Of a stretch of 64,000 nucleotides of DNA, positions 55,122-64,000 are shown in pieces. The DNA is from Macrostomum lignano (taxonomy: Eukaryota), in assembly GCA_002269645.1 (NCBI GenBank), contig NIVC01002006.1, forward strand, positions 1 through 64,000, read 5' to 3'. Below the pieces are notes generated by a model that worked only from the letters and a program-made list of their open reading frames with translations, searched no databases and was not told the origin of the DNA. The position numbers and the translations under genes are program-made. Position 1 is the stretch's first letter; each line of letters starts with the position of its first letter.

Positions 55122-58100
55122 TGCCCTGCAGGTACTGATGCCTAGAGAAGCAGCCGTGACCTGAGAGGGTCATGGTGGCAGCCCGGATGTCTCTGCGTGA
55201 GACGCGTAAGAGGAGCTTCCGGAGCTGGTGAGAGGGCTGAGGGACAGCGCCTCTGGATTGCCTGCAGGTAGTGCAGTTTGCCCAAGTCGAGCGGTGCTGG
55301 GTCCTGATCCACGCCTTGATGCGCGAGTCGATGACACAGCCAGGAATCGGGACAAGGGGTTCGGGACCAAGAGAGGAGCCGGAGGCGCCAAAATTTGCAA
55401 GGGCGTCAGCCAACTCATTTCCTCGGATTCCCACATGCCCCGGGATCCACTTAAGGGTGATTTTGTTGGTGGAACCCAACATGTTGAGGAGTTTGATACA
55501 GTCGAGGACTGTAGCAGAGTTGGTGCTGCAGCCACTGATGGCGTACAAGGCAGCTTGGCTGTCCGAATGAAATATGATGTTCTTACCGGTTACGCCAGTG
55601 GCGAGGAGCTCTGCATTGCAGGAGCTGATGGCGAGAACTTCATTTTGGAAGACACTGGAGTTGACCCCAGTGTACTGAGCGTGGGTTGCGATGACCCTCC
55701 CGTTCAGGAAGATTCCAACACCAAAACCGGTGTTGGCTGACTGCTTAGAACCGTCGGTGTAGCAGTGAAGCTCACCAGGGTTCCAGTGGTCATTGATGGT
55801 ATCGCGCGAGTCGATAGCTACAGAGTAGCGTTGTCTCAGGTTGAGCGTTGAGGCAATGCCATCGGTGAAGACTCGATTGGCCTGACACTCGTTGAGAATT
55901 TTGAGGCACAGGTCGATGCGGGACGAGGTTCCGCTTAGCAGGCGCCCTCATGTAAAGTAATTTGACACCAGTATCAAGTAAACGCCGCGTCGTTCTAGCC
56001 GCCTCACCCCTGACGAAGAGGTCGAGAGGCGGTAGATTAAGGAAGGCCCCGATGCCGGCAAAGGGCGTGGACCTGGTGGCGTTGCAGATGAGCCTACACG
56101 CTCTGCCCTGGATCGTGTTGAGCAAATCTGCATGACTTTTGACCTGGGTAGCGCTGACCCAGACAACCGAGGCGTACGTAATGGCAGGTCTAACAACGGA
56201 AGTGTAGATCCACCAAAGCCGCTTTGGGGAAAGACCCCAAGAAGTGCCAAGCACATTTCACGTGGAAAGACCAGTTGAGCCGGTGGTCGAGTATGACCCC
56301 GAGGCAAGTAGTCTGGTGCGCGAAGGCAATATCTCTGCCGTATAACTGCAGAGGTCGTATCTTCCAGCGTATTCTACTGGTGAACATAATGGCAACAGTT
56401 TTGGGCTCAGAGAGTTCCAGACCATTGTCATTGGCCCAGGATTTTGCTTTGCGGATAAAGCTCTGCATCAGATCCCTGAGCGTGCTGGGAGACGGTCCAG
56501 CCACAATGGCAGTGACGTCGTCAGCATACCCGACTTTGAAGACGAGATCAGGTCGGGAGTCGCCCAGAAGAGCGTCCATGACCAGGTTCCAGAGCGTCGG
56601 GGTGAGGACTCCGCCTTGGGGTCCACCCTTACAGACTCTGGCGGAGGCAGCTTGCCCGAGAAGTTGGGCAGTGACCGTACGGTTAGAGATCATATACATG
56701 ATCCACCGTATGAGGGTAGCGTGAGCTTTGCGGTTTTGAAGGGCCCTCTGAAACGCTTCAAAGATAACGTTGTCGAAGGCGCCAACAATGTCGAGAAAAA
56801 GAGCCAGGGCGTAACCGTCACCCAGTACCACCCGTTCAATCTTTTCGACTATCGCATGCAGGGCGCCGTCAGTCGACCTCCCGGTACGGAAGGCGTGCTG
56901 ATTATTGCTGAGGGGCATTGCTGTCAGCTCGCAAGAAAGCAGCCGCCAGAGAATAAGCCTCTCAGTGAGCTTAAGCATTGCTGACGTTAAGCTAATTGGC
57001 CTAAAGGCCTTGACGCTCTGGTAGTCACCCTTCCCAGGGAATGAAGACTACCTGGTCCTTCGGTCCAGCACTTGGGAACGTATCCCAGCTGGATAGAGGC
57101 CCGCATGAGATTGCGGATAGGTCTCAGGAACGAGGGTATCTTGGCTGCTTCACGAAGAAGAACAGGGTAGATACCATCAGGTCCAGGAGATTTGAAGGGC
57201 GTGAAGGTTCTGACCGCACGTGATAATTCCCGCCGCTAGGGAGGCTCCATCCATCGAATGGTTGGGTTCCGATCTAGTAGTGGGTACCCTCGGGAAGAAT
57301 GTGCTGAGCATATGCTGAAGCACTTTTTCAGGGTCTTTAGTAAGAGAGCCATCATCTTTTCTGATCATGGCTAATTTGGACATTTTGTCCATTGTAAGGG
57401 CCTTGACAAGCTTAGAAATAGGTCTGCCTTGATCCAACTCATTGCAGAATTGGCGCCATTTACATCCCTTGGTCTTGAGCACTTCAGATTTGAAGTTGCG
57501 GGAGGTTTGCCGGAAAAGCTCCATGTCCTCCGGGTTCCCGGTCTTCATGACACGGCGGTGAAGGCTTTTGGCCTTCCGCCTGAGTTTCCCCAGCTCCGGG
57601 TTCCACCACGGCGCCGAGGTCTTGCCTTTGTAGGCATGGACAGGGCAGGCCGCTTCATAGGCTGCAATAATGCAACCTGTCAGCGTCTCAGCTGCATGGT
57701 CCACATCCTCGTAGGTCTCAATCGGACGTAAGTCCGTGAGTTCCTGCAGATGCAGATCAAGGGTAGCCTTATAGGCTGCCCAATCAGTGTTGCGGATGTT
57801 ACGCCTCCAAGTGATCGAGGACTGAGGTTTAGTGTCCGCAATGTTAAAGACGATAAAGCAGTGGTCAGACAGGGAGGGCTCCTCAGACCAGACTCTCCAC
57901 TCCTCAACTCTGTCAAAGAGTCTTGGGGTAACGAGTGTGGCGTCGAGGACCTCGGTCCATCTGCCACTGTTAAAGGTAGGAGTGCTGCCGCGGTTGCAGA
58001 GCATGAGTTTTGTGTTAGAGATAAGGGCCAGAAGCTCCTCCCCTCTAGTATTGGTGTCTTTGCTGCCCCAGTGCTTATGGTGCGCGTTGAGATCGCCCCC

Positions 58101-60637
58101 TAAGCACAGCTCAGCGTTCTGGGACTCGCAGTACTGCATAAGGCGCAGTAGACTCTCAGGTGGAGGGTCTCTGTCGCCTGGGATGTAAATCGAGGCAACG
58201 AGACACGTACGCGAAGAGAGATGATTAGATTGGATGACACAAAGGTCTCCATCAGAGAGATCAGTCCTCAGCCAAGCCTGGAGATGGCTGGCAGCCGCTC
58301 TAGGGCGGTTGTTCCCCGGGCCACACACATAAAAATCATAGTAGCCAGAAGGAATGTTGGGCAACTTACCGTTGCGCATCCAGTGTTCCTGGATCAGGAT
58401 GACGCCTGGCCTGTACGTCTCAGCAATCTTCATCAGATTTACTGACGCAGATACGCAATGCTGTAAATTTATTTGCAGACAGAATGTTGCTCCTTTGGCA
58501 GCATGGAGCTTAGTCATACTGTATTAAATGCAGTAGCTGGCTAGAACCCCGGGTCATCAAGGAGACTTGGACAGCAAATCGTCCTCGTCCCAGGCCGTTG
58601 GGGCTTGACTAGGAGACGGGAGTTGGTCATGTCCATGGCCTCCTCACCCCAACCAGCCCCCCCCCCTCCAGCAGAGTCCTCGGGCTCCGATGACAGGATA
58701 GAGGAAGCTTCCTCATCTGCATCTTTGCCTTCAGACCCCACCAGGGTGGCCGAGGAGAGCTCGGATTCCGAAGACCCGGCCTCGTCCTCAACTCCTTCTC
58801 CGGCAGGCAGGTTCGGTTCCCGGGGCTGGGCCGGAGCCGTCACCTCGGTCGCCGAATTGCTGCTAGCAGAGGGGCAAGACGCAGCTCCGGCTTTGGGATC
58901 GGCTTGCGCCTTTCCTTGGGCCTTAGACTGCACCCCACTCTTGCCGGAGATGCCGGGGTTGGCAGAAGCCTTCCCTTTGGCAGACTTTCCTCGGCGCATC
59001 TTGAGCTTGAGGGCACCCAGCTGGAAAGAGGATCCGCTAGGGTAACGACTCGCCCAAGCGTTGGAGAGGCCGAATACAATTGAGTTGCCCGTCTCCCCCC
59101 TGCGGACTTTGCGGTGATACACCAGTCCACTAGCAGGGAGGTTACGGTTCAGACGCAGTAGGACCCGGTGGATAACGTCTGGTCCAGCTGCGGTGCTCTT
59201 AGCACGGACAAAAACACCACATAGGGTATTGTCTTTGGACGCTGGCCTTCGAGAAGAAAAAGAGCTCCGCCGAGGTCAGCGTCTAAGGAGACCGTCGGCT
59301 GGAGCTGCTGAGCATCCTCCTCACTGCTAGGAGCAATCAGAACGAATGTGCTTCGCAGCACCATCCGCTCAATGCCGATGGAGATTCCCTCCTCGACAGT
59401 CAGCTCAATCAGGTAGGAGTCAACAGCACTCCACACTTTTTGAAGCTGACCAGTGGTCTAGTCCTGGTCGCGACCTTGGATGATCACTCCCGGGATTTTG
59501 GCCTTGGCCTTCGCCGCAAAGGTAGCTCCCGAAGGAACCTCCTTGTTGGCAGTGGCCATTTGTTGCGCCGTGGTTTCGGCCTCAGCAGCCGCAGCGGCAT
59601 CTCCAGGGAGTGCCGCCGCTGTACTACCAGAGCTTCCACCGGCCGGCCCGTCTGGTTGCCTTGGGACGCCAGTCGCTTCAGCATCCATGGTGGACGCCGC
59701 CGCATTGGCCCCGCAGCTCCCTTCTTGGCCTGCCTTTTGTCGCGTTGCTTAGCGCGTTTGCGCTCGAGCCGAGCCCGTTGAGCTTCGTCGGATCTGCCAG
59801 ATTTGGCCGGTCCTTTAGGCTCAGAGCTCGCGGTTCCCTTAGATCCACCAGCAGAGCTGGCAGGTCTTTGGATACTTTGAGTTTGGCAGCTCTGGTTGGA
59901 TCTGCCAGCAGAGCCAGCCGGTCCTCCCTTTGCCACGGTTGAATCAGTCGGTTGGGATCTGCCAGCAGAGCCAGCCGGTCCTTCCTTTGCCACAGATGAA
60001 TCAGTCGGTTGGGATCTGCCAGCAGGGCCGGTCCTTCGGACTGAGGTTGGGGTTTAGAAGGGTCCCCATCCCTAGAAATAGGGTTTTTATCCATAGTCGG
60101 CTCGAAGGCCATGATAAAGGTTGGTGGGCTACCCTCGAAGGGGCGCGGTACCCACCCGGCCGCTCCACCTGACCGGGCAGTAGGCCAAAAGAACCCTCAA
60201 GGCTGGCCCGACACCAGCAGGGGGACGGCTTGCGACCGGACTACTCCCCGGCCTTCCAGCCCAGCGGCACGGTCGAACACCTTAGGCATTAGAGGGTACG
60301 TTGAGCAGCACCACGGCCTGCGGACTGGCGAGCCAGACCCGCATACCCATGTTCGGCAAAAGCCACTGGATGGGTCCCCAGCGCCGGAGCCCAGTCAGTC
60401 CGGCAGCCCTAGGGTCTGCCTTGAACACACGCGGGGACGGGTACCCCTGGGTCGGCTTGCGAGACAGCATGGGGGGGGGGTCTGCGGCTGCCAGCGGCAA
60501 ATAGAGGGTGCAGACCTCCCACCAGCCTTTACCTGCTGAAGATAGGGGCAGGCGTAGAGCATCGCAGACCTTAGCCCATAGGCCTGGTCTGTCTCATACT
60601 TCACTGGCATGCTGAATACGCCCGTGCGAGCCCAAGC
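55122..60637 (-). mobile_element. LOA-clade non-LTR retrotransposon (5' UTR, ORF1, APE-RT-RNase H), frameshifted and 3'-truncated
   Basis: APE: LQINLQH, ILIQEHW, CLGGDLNAHH..WGS..TN.RGE, SLSDH. RT: QHAFRTGRST, LFLDIVGAFDN, PQGGVLTPTLWNL, GYADD. RNase H: LKWIPGHVGIRGNELADALA. ORF1 fragments at 58541-60112. End coordinates are approximate. Confidence 0.92.
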
Positions 60638-60676
60638 TTATATATAAAACACTGAAATTCTTAGGAAAAACCACAG

Positions 60677-60682
60677 TTTATT
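60677..60682 (-). promoter_or_regulatory. Candidate poly(A) signal AATAAA of the EF-hand gene
   Basis: TTTATT on the + strand, about 175 bp downstream of the stop codon at 60856. Confidence 0.5.
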
Positions 60683-60855
60683 TGCACCAGGCAGCTTCAA
60701 ACAACAAATTTTAAATATTTCAATTTCAGCAATGACACCAAAAATTTACAATTGCTCGACCTGATTAGAAGAAAAAAGTCTTTTACAATCAGCATATTTT
60801 TTCATATTTAGAACATTTTTTTCAATGACGTCATTGGTGGTTGGTCAGAGTGACG

Positions 60856-62870
60856 TCAGCCCGAGGGGAACACGTAGAGGCACATTTTCCTGTACACTTT
60901 CCTGTTGGATTTGCAAAACGAGCTGAATTCTTGGAAGTCGATCTCTTCACTCTGATCCTGAAATTTTGTTTGGTTGCTAATTACAGGGTTTTGACAGTCA
61001 ATTCTAATCACTGTTGCTAATAAAACAGTTTCCAGTCCTACCGAATCCAGCTTGTCAAACATCTGGCTTGTGGCCGTATCGTCATCCACGAAATTCAGTA
61101 GAAACCGCTGGAATTCCGGCTTCGATATGGACTCGCTGCCGTCTGAGTCCATCACGTCGAAGAGAACTGCGATACGGATATGATGGTGCCAGAAATTTCT
61201 GTCAACTTTGTGGTCTGACAATATTGCTGACTCATATTCTGATGCTTTAACTGACAAAGTTGCTGACTCATATTCTGATGCTTTAACTGACAAAGTTGCT
61301 GACTCATATTCTGATGTTTTAACTGACAAAGTTGCTGACTCATATTCTGATGCTTTAACTGACAAAGTTGCTGACTCATATTCTGATGATTTAACTGACA
61401 AAGTTGCTGAGTCATATTCTGATGATTTAACTGACAAAGTTGCTGACTAATCTATTTGTGAATTTACTGGATGGTAGATTGTGGATGCTAGATGCTAACA
61501 CATTTACTAACACATTTACTGACACATTTGATGACACATTTGCTGACACATTTGCTGACACATTTGCTGACACATTTGCTGACACATTTGCTGACACATT
61601 TGCTGCCACATTTACTGACACATTTGCTGACACATTTGCTGACACATTTGCTGACACATTTGCTGCCACATTTACTGACACATTTACTGACACATTTGAT
61701 GACACATTTGCTAACACATTTGCTGACACATTTACTGACACATTTGCTGACACATTTGCTGACACATTTGCTGACACATTTACTGACACATTTACTGACA
61801 CATTTGATGACACATTTGCTAACACATTTGCTGACACATTTACTGACACATTTGCTGACACATTTGCTGACACATTTGCTGACACATTTGCTGACACATT
61901 TGCTGACACATTTGCTGACACATTTGCTGCCACATTTACTGACACATTTGCTGACACATTTGCTGACACATTTGCTGCCACATTTACTGACACATTTACT
62001 GACACATTTGATGACACATTTGCTAACACATTTGCTGACACATTTACTGACACATTTGATGACAAATTTACTGACACAGTCAGTCAGCAACGCCTCACCT
62101 CTCATCCTATCCTCCTCGCTCGCGCCTTCAACTTCTTTGCCGCGGTTGCACAGCAGGATGAGTCGAACAAACGAGTCGAAATCGATTCGACCATCTAGCT
62201 GAGGTGGCCGGGCAATCGTCCGGAACACCGCCTGCATGTCCGCCTCTTCTTGGTCGAACCGGGAGCTCGCGTAGAGCGTGCGGAAGCCCTGAGGGTAGAT
62301 GGCAGATTGTAAGTGCTTGCTTGTATATGATAGATTGCAGCAGATGGCAGATTGTAAATTGTAGATGGTAGACTGTGAGTGCCGAATGGTAAGTTGTGCA
62401 TAGTAGATTGCAGATTGTGAATTACGGATGACAGATTGTGGATGACGGATGTTTGATTGTGGATTACGGATGTTTGATTGTGGATGGCAGGTGGTAGATT
62501 GTGGATGGCAGGTGGTAGATTGTGGATGGCAGGTGGTAGATTGTGGATGACAGGTGGTAGATTGTGGATGGCAGGTGGTAGATTGTGGATGGCAGGTGGT
62601 AGATTGTGGATGGCAGGTGGTAGATAACAGATCACAGGGACTAACCGAGTAAGTCACGTATTTTCTCTTCGAAGCGCGGTCGTAAAAAAATTCTTCAATT
62701 TTTCTGATTTCCTCTTCCGATACTAAAAATTGGAAGTTTCGAGATCCATTTGAAAGTTCCGCTCACCACTCCGAATTTTCAGCTATCGAATTCTACTCAC
62801 GTTTGTACTTTTCCATTGCGGCTGCCCTTTCAGCCGGCTTGATGCCCGGCTTTGCGAAGCAACCGCCCAT
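60856..62870 (-). CDS. EF-hand calcium-binding protein (calcineurin-B/NCS-like), 5 exons, about 187 aa, N-terminus MGGC
   Basis: Exons 62801-62870, 62646-62722, 62099-62288, 61042-61166 and 60856-60957 join in frame: MGGCFAKPGIK...KYKLSEEEIRKIEEFF...DGRIDFDSFVRLI...EEDRMRVLFDVMDSDGSESISKPEF...MFDKLDSDQSEEIDFQEF...FPSG*. Confidence 0.88.
61215..61447. repeat. 36-bp tandem repeat, about 6 copies (EF-hand intron 3)
   Basis: GCTGACTCATATTCTGATGCTTTAACTGACAAAGTT units. Confidence 0.93.
61495..62075. repeat. 12-bp array (CACATTTGCTGA)n, about 48 copies (EF-hand intron 3)
   Basis: Read directly. Confidence 0.97.
62440..62625. repeat. 21-bp array (GATTGTGGATGGCAGGTGGTA)n (EF-hand intron 2)
   Basis: About 7 near-exact copies plus degenerate ones. 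Confidence 0.93.
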
Positions 62871-62904
62871 GATGATCGCTGACTCTCGTCTGACTCGGTG
62901 TCGT

Positions 62905-63060
62905 GTGTCTATCTCACTCTATCTCACTGTTTATCTCACTGTCTATCTCAATGTCTATCTCACTCTATCTCACTGTCTATCTCCCTGTCTAATCTCACTC
63001 TATCTCACTGTCTATCTCACTGTCTATCTCAATGTCTATCTCACCCTATATCTCACTATA
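62905..63060. repeat. 12-bp-based array (CTATCTCACTGT)n upstream of the EF-hand ATG
   Basis: Read directly. Confidence 0.85.
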
Positions 63061-63605
63061 TTTTACTGTCAAGCTCGCTGTCTATCTTATTGTCTGTCTC
63101 ACTATCGCGCTATATCTTCCTCACCTGCATAGGATTCAGTGTCGATAACTTGACCTGCCGCAGGCAAACACGACAGTTTCTTATCAGCGGGGAAGTGAAA
63201 AATGTATTTACTTGTGACTCAGCGTCTCTCTCGCAGCTGTTTACTCAACCCAGAGTGGCCCCATCTGCATTTGAGATTGCTCTATTAAGCTCTCAGTTGC
63301 CGCTCTGCTCATTGGCGCTGCTCACCCCACACAAACAAATGCTCAACTGTAGCAGAAAAACAACAGAAAATATCTGAGCTTATTCTGGAGAAAGCGCTGC
63401 CTCTCTACATTTCGCTTTTGTTCTCAGCAAAGTGATGAGGTGTACAGATTGTATGGAGCCCTCTGAGTTTGCCGCTTCTGCGCAGTCACTACGAATTCCG
63501 CCCACTCACACTGGCCCCGCTGTCCTCTCAACAGCTCAAAGTTTTTCTGTGATGAAATATCTCAGTCACTGATAGAGACTTGTCAGAGATTAACATCATT
63601 CTCCT

Positions 63606-64000
63606 GCCAGCATCTGTCAGCATCTGTCAGCAATTGTCAGCAACTGTCAGCATCTGTCAGCATCTGTCAGCATCCTCTGTCAGCATCTGTCAGCATCTGT
63701 CAGCATCTGTCAGCATCCTCTGTCAGCATCTGTCAGCATCTGTCAGCATCATCTGTCAGCATCTGTCAGCATCTGTCAGCAATTGTCAGCATCTGTCGGC
63801 ATCCTCTGTCAGCATCTGTCAGCATCTGTTAGCATCCTCTGTCAGCATCTGTCAGCATCTGTCAGAAACTGTCAGCAACTGTCAGCAACTGTCAGCAACT
63901 GTCAGCAACTGTCAGCATTCTCTGTCAGCATCTGTCAGCATAATCTCTCAGCATCTGTCAGCAACTGTCAGCAACTGTCAGCATCTGTCAGCATCTGTCA
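63606..64000. repeat. 10-bp array (GCATCTGTCA)n running off the right edge
   Basis: Read directly. Confidence 0.95.

Noticed and set aside
60344-60447. Complete HDV-like ribozyme in the LOA 5' UTR
   Set aside because: P2, P4 and J4/2-like parts are present, but P3 does not pair and P1 would need four G-U pairs; kept only as a test suggestion.
61215-61447. 36-bp direct repeats of CRISPR-like length
   Set aside because: The units are contiguous with no unique spacers, there are no cas genes, and the context is a eukaryotic intron.
61427-62657. Several long repetitive ORFs (ANVS, DTFA, SKCV, LTHL)
   Set aside because: Translations of intronic 12-, 21- and 36-bp arrays; only 62099-62288 is a real exon.

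Overview
This is eukaryotic (animal, intron-containing) genomic DNA rich in simple repeats and transposons. The style resembles a flatworm such as Macrostomum, but that is an unverified inference. I assembled five host genes by hand. (1) A minus-strand tandem array of at least 10 CUB domains, one per exon, with several frameshifts (<1-5496). (2) An 11-exon GPR158/GPR179-like class C GPCR (minus, 10266-26695) with a GC-AG intron and an 8.5-kb last intron. (3) An intronless ZNF207/BuGZ (46775-47809). (4) A 4-exon tyrosinase of the chordate TYR/TYRP type that keeps all six copper histidines but has no C-terminal transmembrane segment (49249-52873). (5) A 5-exon, probably N-acylated EF-hand protein of about 187 aa (minus, 60856-62870). 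Mobile elements include a deleted Ty3/Gypsy element, an Hsmar2-like mariner inserted in opposite orientation into its own sibling, two Tc1-type deletion derivatives, a foldback palindrome, a Merlin element with an 8-bp TSD, and a degenerate cecropia-type mariner. There is also a 3'-truncated LOA-clade LINE directly downstream of the EF-hand poly(A) signal, and a possible 9.5-kb element bounded by inverted repeats that carries a spliced Ulp1-protease plus PHD remnant. About 15 different tandem-repeat arrays are present. No rRNA, tRNA or CRISPR was recognised. All exon boundaries were read by eye and lack transcript support. I found no single clearly new biological system; the best leads are the Ulp1-PHD element, the nested mariner hairpin and the soluble tyrosinase.
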